DNA of 64,000 nt from assembly GCA_951406725.2 (NCBI GenBank), contig OX597817.1, positions 42,532,001-42,596,000 of the forward strand. The letters run 5' to 3'. How positions within the stretch are numbered: the stretch's first letter is position 1; every line of letters starts with the position of its first letter. Below are positions 1 through 12,324 of the stretch, piece by piece. A program made the position numbers and the translations under genes. The notes below the pieces were generated by a model. It made no database searches, was not told the origin of the DNA, and saw only the letters and a list, made by a program, of their open reading frames with translations. Origin of the DNA: Octopus vulgaris. Lineage: Eukaryota.

Positions 1-190
1 AATAATAATATCGAAAATACCTTAGGAATGAGAACCCGAGTTTGAAATTCCCCAAGACACCTGATGAAGGCTGGAGGGTGTATCAGCCAAAATGTTGTGT
101 TAACAACAAACAAGATGAGGACAAATATCCGTCAAATGTAAATAATGTAAATAATGTACATAATTCCTCATCTTTTAAATATAGAACTGT
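1..190 (+). mobile_element. Body of a hammerhead-bearing short retroelement, cut by the window start at its (AAT)n linker
   Basis: Closely matches the reverse complement of 9575-9735; starts in AAT repeats and ends in (AATGTAAAT)n. Confidence 0.8.
56..101 (+). ncRNA. Type I minimal hammerhead ribozyme, degenerate (GAAA to AAAA)
   Basis: gacac-CTGATGA-a-ggctg(gagggtgtat)cagcc-aAAA-tg-TT-gtgtt; stems I and II pair; the changes fit CpG decay of ccgaaacgtt. Confidence 0.75.
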
Positions 191-334
191 AATAACTAAA
201 TATTGCATAGCATTTTGTCTACTGCTCTTCTAATTCTGGCAATTTTCTGCTTTTGGATAGGGTTAATATTTTGTTTTTTTATTGTCATAGGATACAATAT
301 GTTGAGGTAGTGTGTATAATTGTTTAAATCATTC

Positions 335-712
335 TCAGTTCTTGACTGGGATTTTATTTATCAACTCTAGAAAGATGAAAGGCAAAACTGACTCCAATGA
401 AATTTCAACTTAGAACGTAAAGGGCTATAACTAAATAGCTATAGCTAAAACCCACACAGCAGCTTATCGGATGCTATAATGATTCTACCAATCCATATTG
501 GTTTCAAATTTTGGTACAAACCCAGTAAGTTTTGGGGACGGGGTAAGTCAAATACATTTCCCCCAGAGTTTAACTGGTACTTATTTTATCAACCCCAAAA
601 TGATAAAAGACAAAGTTAACCTTGATGGCATTTGAACTCAGAACATAAAGATAGACAAAATGTCAGTAAGCATTTTACCTGGAGTGCTAACAATTCTTCT
701 AGCTTGCCACCT
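335..712 (-). mobile_element. Two degenerate copies of tRNA-derived SINE family A
   Basis: aactggtacttattttatcaacccc...gatgaaaggcaaa...tttgaactcagaac motifs shared with the well-preserved copies at 46142 and 47641. Confidence 0.75.
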
Positions 713-2537
713 TATTCCACCAATCCATATGGCAAAGGGTTTTTCCCAATCTATTTCCTAAACGTTATTTCAGCAAGGTCTCATTGCTAACTCTTTTCAT
801 TACAACCTATTTTGGCCAAAATTGCTTTTCCAATAGTTCCTTTGCTATTTCTAAAGCAGTCTAAAACACTTGATTCTATAGCCATTTACTTCACCATTAA
901 CTTTGACATTTCTTGTCCGGTATTCACCTCCTTCTAATAATATGTCCTGTAGTACTAAGAATAGTCTTTCATTTTCACTTATTTTCATTCCGCCATATTA
1001 AGTTTTATTTCACCAGCCATACATGCAGTTGTGTGTGCATTCGCTAATAAAATGCACATACACATATGTCAAATATTCTCTTGAAACCAGACTTACCTCC
1101 AAAAATATAAATAAGCAATTACATGTCGAATAACAGCAGAGCAATCATCAGATAACAAAAGCTTTAAAGGTTTTCTAGTAATGCTATCTTCTCACTGACA
1201 ATAGTGAGAAGAACACAGATAATATCTAAATCCCAAAAAGATAAATGTTTCCTTAACATTTCCACCTGTCATTTCAATGAGAGTTTTGTATTGAGGACTG
1301 ATTGAAAAGATTTCCAGATCATTAACTTCATCTATATTGGAGTTTAACATATATATATACTTTTTTTTGCCTTCTTCTTTTCTGAGTTTTTTTTTATCCA
1401 TTTTCTGTTTGTTTTTTTTTGTGTATGTGTGTGCCAGTAACTTTGTGCTATGAACAATGGTATAATTTAGTAAAACATAAAAAAGCAAATTACAGTTGGC
1501 TACCTGTACATGAACAGTTCTCTCAAAGAACAAATTGGAAATGAACAGTTTTTCAGAAGAAAATTAACATTGCATAATGAGCTGAAATTTGATCATCAAA
1601 CAATGAGTAGACTTCACACACATATAAGTTACTGGAAGAGCAGATGTACAAGTGAGTCGTTAATGTCCATGTATGCATTTCTTGCAGCTCGTAAATGTTT
1701 GTATGAACAACTACACAGATGCTTTGGTTACAATGATCAAATGTTCAAGTTCACATAAGCTCACACCCTCCATCAAACTGACTGTACCTGTACAGGTGCA
1801 CAGGTGTGTTGTGTATCAGATGTTGAAATAATTGCAGAGGAATGTGAAATTATGTGTTGCAGATTGAACTTAAAACAGGTAGGATATTTGGGCCAGAGGA
1901 TATGGTCAGTTAGACAGTAATTTCTTATTTCCCGTTTGTAAAATCATAGTGATCCAAACAGTTTATTTTAATAAAACATTTCATAATTATGAATAGTTTG
2001 ACTTATTTTGAATAGAGCTTCACCCTGGGTAGATATGAGAATTCTTCAACAATCCATGGCAGGCACATCAAGCAAGACAAGTCACACAATCTGACAAAGA
2101 TCAAGCCAGTGTCTTAAGTGTATGCCTCCCATTAATTATCTGCTGATCTGTATTTTGTTGCAATTCACAATAAAACAAGGAGCAGCAGGATGTACACAAG
2201 ACATGCTAATTGAGTTGAAATGAAATTCCAACTAAAGCAAATTCAATTTTCCAAACATCAAATAGGAAATTACTGAAAAAACTATATAACAATTGAATAG
2301 ATTCAGTGGTGGGGAGCTTTTCCCTTTTCTCTGTTTTGCAAGTTGCTTGGCAACCCTGCTAGTGTTTGTGACATGAGAAAGGCACCCAGTCCACTTTGTT
2401 AAGTGGTTGCTGTTAAGAAAGGTATCCAGCCATAGAAACCATTCCAAAGCAGACATTGGAGCTTGATGCAGTTCTATGGCTCATCGGATTTTTTCAAAGC
2501 AACTATCCCATGCCAGCAAATAAAACAGACCTTAATT

Positions 2538-3205
<668 letters not shown>

Positions 3206-3373
3206 ATTAACATTGAAAATCAAATAGTTTTTTTTATTGTTTTTATTACCTTTCCATAATGACCAGATAGAAATCAGGTTATCACTTCATATTTGTAGAT
3301 TTATAAATTCTGATAGGAGTGTTTACATATATTTTCTAGATATCACTCATAAACATCGACCAGCATCCATTTT

Positions 3374-3451
<78 letters not shown>

Positions 3452-3862
3452 TTATTTAAGATGGAAAATATTTACAAAAATATCGAGATCACGAGAAAAC
3501 AAACTTTATTCATGGCAGTCAGGAGTGGCTCCAGACTAAATATGAATTCATAAGACCAATAGTATTATGTAAGTAAAACTAGTAGTGTTATGTTAGTAAT
3601 ACTAGTAGTGTTATGTTAGTTGGGTTGCACAAGTAAAAAGCATTTGAATAACCAGAATATCTTCAGGTGATGGTGGTTATATATAGAACTAAGGATGTTA
3701 ATTGGTTGACTAATGGTAGACTGTCTTTGTCTGCTGGTTACAGGAAGACTAACAGACTAATTGGTACACCGATTACTGGAACATGTGCACAGATTTCTGG
3801 GATTTTTTCAGGAATTGTACTGGCTCCTGAGGTTTAGTTTGGTTTATCATTTTGTTTATCAT

Positions 3863-4245
3863 AGGCACAGGAGTGGCTGTGTGGTACGTAGCTTTCTTAC
3901 ATGGTTCTGGGTTCAGTCCCACTGTGTGGCACATTGGGCAAGTGTCTTCTACTATAGCCTCGGGCCAACCAAAGCTTTGTGAGTGGATTTGGTAGACGGA
4001 AACTGAAAGAAGCTCGTCATATATGTGTGTGTGTATGTTTGTGTGTCTGCGTTTGTCCCCCCAACATCACTTGACAACCGATGTTGGTGTATTTACATCC
4101 CAGTAACTTAGCACTTCGGAAAAAGAGACAGAATAAGTACTAGGCTTACAAAGAATAAGTCCTGGGGTCGATTTACTTGATCGACTAAAGGCGGCGCTCC
4201 AGCATGACCACAGTCAAATGACTAAAACGAGCAAAAGAGTAAAAG
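3863..4245 (+). mobile_element. tRNA-derived SINE family B (CORE-like central ccttgggcaagtg motif)
   Basis: A box tggctgtgtgg, B box gggttcagtccc, internal TA/TG microsatellite, tail ctccagcatg.ccacagtcaaatgact.aaac.ag.aaaagagtaaaag; many copies in window. Confidence 0.9.
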
Positions 4246-4453
4246 TGTAACCTTTTATGTTTCAGTTGGTGGTGCTGTGACCATGCTGCTCCAGCATAGC
4301 CACAGTCAAATGACTGAAAGAAATAAAAGAGTAAAAGAGTATAGGATATTCAAATTAAGACAGGGAGCTTCTGGCCTTCTGGACTTCTTTTCTAGGCCAG
4401 GTTTTCTTTCCTATTCCTTCTTCCCTTTGTTTATATTGGATGCTCTTGTTTTT

Positions 4454-4970
4454 TATTCTGATGAAGCTCCATGCCTTAATTCAAATCTTTATATATAAAA
4501 GTCAAGTTGTGTGTCTGTCTCCTACGATTTAGATTCCTAACTATTCCCACATTTTGCGGTACAGTGTAACCAAAAGCGGGTATCTTATAGTCGTGATTCA
4601 TATCGAGCCCTTCTGGGTATTAGCACGCGTCTACAATGAGTCTACGATTTAAAAAATAATTTACCATCATTTTTTTCCATTTTAATGCATTTTTTCGCTA
4701 TTATATAAGGGAAGTAACTTTCTAAAAATGTCTATGATGAGTCAACGATTTTTAAAAAAATTTACCATCATCTTTTTTTTCCATTTTTAATGCATTTTTT
4801 TTGCTATTTTTTGGCTATAACTCTCTAAAAATGCTTATATAGTTATTTCCCTTACAAACCCGAGCAACGCCGGGCGATACTGCTAGTGTCCTATAAAGAT
4901 GAAGATTTTTATTTTCGCAATCATTTATAAACAGCATTTGGTAACAGATGCGGAAACGGCCGTAAGATTT
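4454..4970 (+). ncRNA. Hammerhead ribozyme with long stem II, split by a Helitron insertion
   Basis: CTGATGA at 4458 and GAAA-cggccg-TA at 4953-4964; removing 4486-4886 restores the caaatg/catttg stem II pairing. Confidence 0.65.
4486..4886 (+). mobile_element. Non-autonomous Helitron
   Basis: Inserted between A and T; 5' TC, 3' CTAG, subterminal hairpin cccgagcaacgccggg; second copy at 28690-29198. Confidence 0.88.
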
Positions 4971-5069
4971 GTTATGTCATGCTTTGTATCAAAAAGTAAG
5001 CTGTAAATCTGGTCCAATCAATGTGTTTGTTAATCTGAGGTTTTCTCCATTTCCTGATTATTTGTGTGT

Positions 5070-5415
5070 GAGCGCTTTTGAAATGTGGTGTTACCGCAGA
5101 ATCCTTAGAGTGTCATGGACGGAGAGAAGGACGAACAAGTGGGTACTAGAAAAGCTCGGTTGCGAGATGACGTTTCAGCGAAACATCAGGAAGTGGTAGC
5201 TACAGTTCTTTGGCCACGTCATGCGCTGGGATGGACTTGAGCGAACGATCATAACTGGCAAGGTGAACATAAAAGAGGCAGACCAACCACTTCTTGGCTG
5301 AAAGTCATTGCAGCCACAGGATTGTCTTTTTTCTCAGCTGTCCATGGGGTAGAAGACAGGAGACGATGGCAAGACATCGTGATGACCACAGCATCGCATA
5401 GTACAACACCTGACT
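5070..5415 (+). mobile_element. RTE-clade LINE ORF2 C-terminal fragment (pseudogenised)
   Basis: AFEMWCYRRILRVSWTERRTN...LQFFGHVMR...GRP..SW motifs, with a stop and a frameshift. Confidence 0.88.
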
Positions 5416-6158
5416 AGGATGATTATATACTTATATATATAAGTATATCATCATCCTAGACAGGTGTTGAACTATGAGATGCTGTGTGTGTATATATATA
5501 TATATATATATACTGAAAACAGGTATTCTGTTGGTTACGACAAGAGTTCCAGTAGACCCAATTAATGGAATACCTTACTCCTGAAATTAATGCGCAAGAG
5601 GCAAAACAATCCACAGACACACATACCTTTAATGTAGTTCTCAAGGAGATTCAGCGGTGACACAGAATATGACAAGGCTGACCCCTTTGAATTACAGGTA
5701 CAACTCATTATTGCCAGCTGAATGGACTGGGGCAATGTGAAATAAAGTTTCTTTCTTGCTCAAGCACACGACACACCCACCTACCACCCACTGCAGAAAT
5801 ATGATGGGCTTCTTTCAGTTTCCATCAGCAAAATCCACTCACAAGGCTTTGATTGGTCCAGGACTATAATTGAAGACACTTGTACAAGATGCCATGCAGT
5901 GAGATTGAACTTGAAACAACATCGTTTAGAAGCAAGCTTCTCTACCACACAGCCAGGCTGGCTATTCTTACCGGAAGAGTAATAGCCAGCAAGATGTTGG
6001 TTTGTTTATTTAAAATATATGACAAATATGTTGATGGAACTGTAAGCTGTATGGTGAACGGTTCTGAACTTGTCGATTAAATTGATCTGAAAGGCATAAT
6101 GTCAATAATATTGATCTGAAACTTTAAATGTGTTCGTGACTTTTTAGTAATATTCTAT

Positions 6159-6190
<32 letters not shown>

Positions 6191-6251
6191 GCAGTAGCAG
6201 CTGCATTATCATTTTAACATCAATTTTTCTATACTGGTATGGATCAGAGAA

Positions 6252-6668
6252 AAGCGGCGAGCTGGCAGAAACGTTAGCATGCCGGGCGATATGCTTAGCG
6301 GTATTTCGTCTGCGGTTATGTTGTGAGTTCTAATTCCGCTTATGTCAACTTTGCCTTTCATCCTTTCGGGGTCGATTAAATAGGTACCAGTTACGCACTG
6401 GGTTCGATGTAATCGACTTAATCCGTTTGTCTGTCCTTGTTTGTATCCTCTGTTCTTGGCCCCTTGTGGGTAGTGAAGAAATAGGTATTTCATCTGCCGT
6501 TACATTGTGAGTTCAAATTCCGCCAAGGTTGACTTTGCTTTTTGTCCTTTCAGAGTCAATAAATTAAGTACCAGTTACACACTGGGGTCGATGTAATAGA
6601 CTCAATCCCTTTGTCTGTCCTTGTTTGTCCACTCTATGTTTAGCCCCTTGTGAGTAGTAAAGAAATAG
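6252..6668 (+). mobile_element. SINE family A, partial tandem dimer, with target site duplication
   Basis: tRNA-like A/B boxes (agctggcag, gagttc.aattcc) and gcctttcatcctttcggggtcgat core (resembles the Meta-SINE domain, from recall); flanked by ggtatggatcagagaa direct repeats. Confidence 0.9.
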
Positions 6669-6989
6669 GTATGGATCAGAGAAGTGTTTGCTGGAACAAA
6701 GTTTTCTACAGTCAGATGCCCATCCTGCCACTAACCCAACTTCTTTCCGGGTAGGTTAGTAATCTCCCAGCTTATCAAACATTAAACAGCTTGGACATGT
6801 TTACCTGGAGGACTTAAAATAAGTGACACTGTGCAGTCAGGCCTTTTGTTTATAAAGATCATGCAACATGTGAAGACATGTCAAGAAGGCTGGAGATGTA
6901 TTTCCAGTAATCCGCAAGCAAAAACTTTAGTGAAACTATTGTTTATAATCAATGAGTGAACATACATGTAGATGAAGGAAAAACAAAGT

Positions 6990-7222
6990 CACACAAATGC
7001 ACAAACACACATACACACACACACACATGCAAACATACATACAAACAAACATAAACACACAAACACACATACACATGCACACATGCATATATCTGTCTAC
7101 ATATAGATAGACAGAGAGATAGATAGAAAGATAGATAGATAGGCAGACAGACACAGGCAGATAGACAGATAGACAAACAGATAGTTAGATAGATAGTTAG
7201 ATAGATTGACAGACAGACAGAC

Positions 7223-7253
<31 letters not shown>

Positions 7254-7302
7254 TAGACAGACAGACAGACAGACAGATAGACAGACAGACAGACAGATAG
7301 AC

Positions 7303-7372
<70 letters not shown>

Positions 7373-7388
7373 TCAGTCAGACAGACAA
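6990..7388. repeat. (CA)n and (GATA/GACA)n microsatellites
   Basis: Direct reading. Confidence 0.95.
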
Positions 7389-7742
7389 ATGGTGTAAATA
7401 TACCTTCTGTGACTGAAGAGGAGATAACCACTCTGAAATGCTAGCACCTCACAGTTTGGATAGGTGGTGCTGCAAGCTGATTTATACCATGTGTCTTTAG
7501 CAAGAAATTTTCTCCATGACAAAACACAGAGAATGGATTTCTTATGAGCTTGAACATGTCACAAGCATATTTGAACTGGTGATAACATTACACTTTACAT
7601 AGTACTCAGCACTTATTTCAAGGCACCAGCACCAGCAGGGTCATCAAGTAATTTACAAGACAAAATCCCCTCGACGGGGGTGGGGAATGATAATATTGCG
7701 TGAGGTAACTCTGTGCCACATACACACACACACACACATTCA

Positions 7743-7793
<51 letters not shown>

Positions 7794-7909
7794 ACACACA
7801 CACACACACAGAGTCTGAGATGAAGAATTTGAAGTTTAAGTTCAAATTCATTTGAGCACTACTACATGTTTTCTACACTGAGCTTTTCTATACTAGCTCC
7901 CACTTACTA

Positions 7910-8010
<101 letters not shown>

Positions 8011-8584
8011 AATGGGATTTTTCAGTTTCACCAAATCCACTAAGAGTTTGGTCAGCCTGGGGCTATAATAGAAGACGCTCAATTATGAACTCATAATCAT
8101 ATTGTTAGATAACAAACTTCTTAATCCCTCACCCATACCTGCTAGAATATTTATATTTATTTACCACTTACATTGGTTGATCTTTAAATGTCAAATAGTA
8201 TCTTATTCCTGAATATGTACCCAGTCCCAAAATAAAAAGTTCTCATCTAGTAGGACACTTCACATCTACTGAATATGACAACAATCAGAAAGGAATGTTT
8301 AATACTTTAAGCATACACAGTAAAGTGAGGCTTAAGAGTCTGAAAAATTATGGTTTTTGTGTTATCTTCTTGTCTGTAAATCATAATAGCTAACATTATA
8401 GTTATATACAGGGAATTATTTTCACAGTTTGGACATTTTGTATTATTGAAATAATTCAGATGTTACATTTAATATATACCATTTACAGCTTTTGCAATAT
8501 TTTCACTATAAGACAGACAGACAGAGGCAGAGAGAGAGGGGGCAGAGAGAGAGAGGCAGAGAGAGAGAGAGAAAGACAGACAGT

Positions 8585-8641
<57 letters not shown>

Positions 8642-8678
8642 GGATGGATGGATGGATGGATGGATGGATGGATGGATG

Positions 8679-8866
8679 GGTGAATTATTCAAACCCCAAA
8701 GAATCCCTCTCAACACAGTTATGATGCACCCCTACTACTTCTGCTCATGATCACAGATGCACATGTCGTCAGCCACTAAGTGACATGCTCAACTGGTTAT
8801 GGTCAAACAACTGACAAGCAAATCTGTGGTATTGAGCAGAATATTTGCTGTAGCCCGTCTTTTATA
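8679..8866. repeat. Fragment of an unclassified interspersed repeat (family D)
   Basis: atccctctcaacaca..atgatgc..ctgctc.tgatca.agatgcacat..gtcagccactaag shared with 17645-17900 and 31308-31707. Confidence 0.8.
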
Positions 8867-9429
8867 GTTTATTAATCTTTTTTTATCAACTACCAAGTCT
8901 AAGGCAAGAGGACAGTGTCTGTTTAGAATGGATAGACAGAGTGAGTTGACAGTTTATAGTTGGGTATGGTCATAAATATTGTCATGGTTTTAGAAAATGT
9001 ACAAGTAATTGTCTATAAAGGAGGCTGGTTAGGGGAAGACCCTAAATCAAGATGTTAATCACCAGTTAAAGGGGAAAGACTCTAATAAAACCTATGATGT
9101 TAATACAGAGGAAATTATCATGGGGTGCAATTGATGATTGTATATAAACAATATTGTTATGTTGTATGAAGATAAAATTTAAGATTACTAAAAATGATAT
9201 TCTAACCAGTATAGATAAACTGTGTATATATACCAATTTTCAAGATTAGAAAGGGAAGATTACATAGAATTAGAATAAAGATTATTTGCCAACATAACAC
9301 GACAGTCTGGCTTAGGACAAATGTTGCTGTAATTTAGCCCCAGGAGACATCATCTCCAGCTGGCTATATGACATGTTCTGTATCCTTATATTTTCGAACA
9401 AGGGAATCTAGCATCCCCACTCAGCTCAG

Positions 9430-9490
9430 AACAATATCTGTGTATTGTGATTTCTGGGTTATTTCTCTTCATCAGCACAGAATAATTGTT
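9430..9490 (-). ncRNA. Type I hammerhead ribozyme, CpG-decayed
   Basis: Minus strand: aacaattattctgtg-CTGATGA-agag(aaataa)ccca-GAAA-tcacaa-TA-cacagatattgtt; long stem I; tcacaa is tcgcga after two CG to CA changes. Confidence 0.75.
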
Positions 9491-9574
9491 CAGCTAGCGG
9501 TGGCACTGCTAAATTCCCGTTCAAAATATATAGTTTTCAAAGTGACAACTAGTCACTGATCTATAAATTAGAAT

Positions 9575-9782
9575 ATTACTTTATTTACATTATTTACATT
9601 ATTTACATTTGACAAATATTTGTCCTCATCTTGCTTATTGTTAACATAACATTTCAGCTGATATACCCTCCAGCCTTCATCAGGTGTCTTGGGGAAATTT
9701 CGAACCTGGGTTCTCATTTCTAAGGTATTTTTCGATGTTGTTGTTATTATTATTATTATGATTGTTATTATTATTATTATGA

Positions 9783-9838
<56 letters not shown>

Positions 9839-10005
9839 ATTATTATTGTTCAGGTTACTGTTTGGAATCGAACTTGGAATCTTGGGGTTAGTAGCCTGCG
9901 CTCTTATCCACTATGCCATATGCCCGTGGGCATAGTAGCATAGTAGTTTAGAGCGCTGGCTACTAACCCCAAGATTCCGAGTTTGATTCTAATCAGTGAC
10001 ATGAA
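9575..10005 (-). mobile_element. Composite element: tRNA-like head, (AAT)n, hammerhead-bearing body, plus an inverted copy of the head
   Basis: Head 9925-9849 with A box tggcatagtgg and B box aagttcgattcc; inverted head 9928-10005; body homologous to 1-190. Confidence 0.75.
9643..9688 (-). ncRNA. Type I minimal hammerhead ribozyme (core intact, stems slightly decayed)
   Basis: Minus strand: gacac-CTGATGA-a-ggctg(gagggtatat)cagct-GAAA-tg-TT-atgtt. Confidence 0.78.
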
Positions 10006-10190
10006 GAAGAAGAAGAAGAAGAAGAAGAAGAAGAAGAAGAAGAAGAAGGAGGAGGAGGAGGAGGAAGAAGAAGAAGAAGAAGAAGAAGAAGAAGAAGAAG
10101 AAGAAGAAGAAGAAGAAGAAGAAGAAGAAGAAGAAGAAGAAGAAGAAGAAGAAGAAGAAGAAGAAGAAGGAGGAGGAGAAGAAGAAGAGA
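10003..10190. repeat. (GAA/GAG)n microsatellite
   Basis: Direct reading. Confidence 0.95.
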
Positions 10191-11084
10191 TATTCAGCAA
10201 TAGTACTTTGGAGTAAAGTACTGTTGCTGAATATCTCTTGTTGTGAGATTTACAAATAGTAATTTTCTAATACATAGAATTAGTTTAATATTCATTCCTG
10301 TAATTAATTATTTACTTATAAGGTGGTTTCTATAAAGAATGCTCTGGGTATTTACTTATGGAATACTGGGGCGATAAACCATGCTATCTTTATATTAATT
10401 ATAAGCTAAGAATCAAAAGAAACAAATCAGAAAAATAAGTTGTGCACAGATACATACACATATTTAATTATGTGCACACATGCAAATATACACAAATATT
10501 TGTACTTTATTATGGGTATTTTATAATCAACTCCTCTAGACTTAAATAACTAGAAAGTTTATATTTTTCTATAAGGACGTTAATAACTTATAAGAGATAA
10601 GAGGTTAATAGGTAAAGGTATCAAAATAAGAAAACACAATAATAAGAAATTATAGAGAATAGTAAGAAAATATATATAACTTATTATATATAATACTAGG
10701 GGGTAAGTTCACATCATATATGACACTAAAAATTAATTTCCTCTATCCAGGTTCAAGTGCAGCACCTATAAACGCTAATTTCAAAAATATTGAAATGTAC
10801 AGGTGACCCTATATATGCATGGTACCCTTAGGTCAAATCTATTATTAACCAGGTTGTCTTGTTCCTATACTAAAAAATTTCATAACTTTCTATAGAACAC
10901 AGCTCACACCCGTATCGACTATCTCTGGAAGACTGTACAGATAATACTGCACTGACTTGGTGCTTCAACTTAAGTATCTAATTCAACTTAATCTTAATTA
11001 TTTCTTTTATATATATATATCAGCGGTGGTGCCCCAGCATGGCCGCGGCCTTCGGGTTAAAACATTTTTAAGGATTTAAGGATA

Positions 11085-11298
11085 TAGTTAATCCAAACAT
11101 GAAAACACAAAGAGAAAACACAAGAACGCAAGGACATGGAACTAGTATAGTGTTATTGGACGCTCAGGAAAGGAAAGAAAGAAGGGGGATTTAACGTTTT
11201 GAGCAGAGCTCTTCGTCAGAAACATAGGAAAAGGAAAGATCCAAGGAAGGGAAGACAGAAAAAAAAAATCGCCAACGATACACACAAGGTCACATTTT

Positions 11299-11300
<2 letters not shown>
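11085..11300 (-). mobile_element. Short Penelope-type terminal repeat fragment carrying a hammerhead
   Basis: Homologous to degenerate copies at 51480-51655 (+) and about 12270-12360 (-); TA-rich sequence on both sides. Confidence 0.6.
11189..11223 (-). ncRNA. Type I minimal hammerhead ribozyme, degenerate (GAAA to AAAA)
   Basis: Minus strand: gttt-CTGACGA-a-gagc(tct)gctc-aAAA-cg-TT-aaat. Confidence 0.72.
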
Positions 11301-11334
<34 letters not shown>

Positions 11335-12284
11335 CACACACACACACACACACACACAACAGGCATCCGCACAATTTCCCTACACACTCTAGCCATTCAC
11401 CTCTGCCAATGTCCCCTCCCCTCTCAAAGATTGCTTGTCTTAAAAAACACATGCCCGAGGTGCCTTGTAATGGAACTGAACCTGAAACCATGTGGTTGCA
11501 GAGCAAGCTTTTTAACCACACAGTGATGCCTGACAAAAGAAAATATGATTGTCTTTAAAATTTTTGTTAATTTAGTTATATCAATAAAATCCATTTTTCA
11601 GCCATCCAAGCATATCAAAAGTACAATTATACAACCCTGAAATATCATGATTTAAAACCTCTAATTTAGAGCCTGTCATTATATATTTTAGTCTTTTAAT
11701 TCAATCTAGTCTCAATTTCAATTAGTTCATATTTCTTTAGAATGGTAATAAATCTTCTCTATATGATAGCATGCACATTTTACTAACTTGTGATTTTGTA
11801 ATTCTGTCTACTTTTTATTTTTAAAAAGATAATTTTTTTCATCCATCACTTAATTTATTTAGACTTTTTAAATGACACATATAGAGATCATTCTCTCTCT
11901 CCTATCCAATTACTTTTTATTTACTGTTTTTTTTTGTTCAATTACTATCTTTATAAATATACATTTTTAAGACTATTAAAAGACCAAATTAGTTATGCAA
12001 GAGAAAGGTTGTTTTTTTTTTATTTTCACATTTCTGTCTCACCAACTAAGCCACAGTTTAATGAGTAAATTGAAGTAGAATTAAAATCAATATCTTTATA
12101 TCCAATGACTTGAGACTGGAGAACAGATAAAACAGAAAACATTAAGCATTTATAAAAGTATCACAAGAATACTTTTTTCAATAAACATCTGAAAAAATAC
12201 AAAGTTAAAAACTAGAATTCTAGGGAGAAATTAGCCTAATAAAATTTTTAAATGCATAATGTTAATGTGTCAAGAGGGGAATAG

Positions 12285-12324
12285 AAATCTAATGTTTCAG
12301 AACAGTGAAGTTCTTCAGAAATTC
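12285..12324 (-). ncRNA. Degenerate hammerhead motif
   Basis: Minus strand: gaattt-CTGAAGA-acttcactgttct-GAAA-ca-TT-agattt; stem I pairs, stem II is poor. Confidence 0.45.

Noticed and set aside
1096-1264. Possible minus-strand exon (cag|gtgg ... gag|gtaag)
   Set aside because: Stops in all three frames and a poor polypyrimidine tract; a non-coding exon cannot be excluded.
3470-3672. Minus-strand CTGAAGA with a possible atcac/gtgat stem I
   Set aside because: No GAAA or stem III at the required position.
9849-10005. Functional tRNA genes (here and at the other SINE heads)
   Set aside because: Only A/B boxes are kept; acceptor and anticodon stems do not pair, and the heads are fused to repeat bodies.
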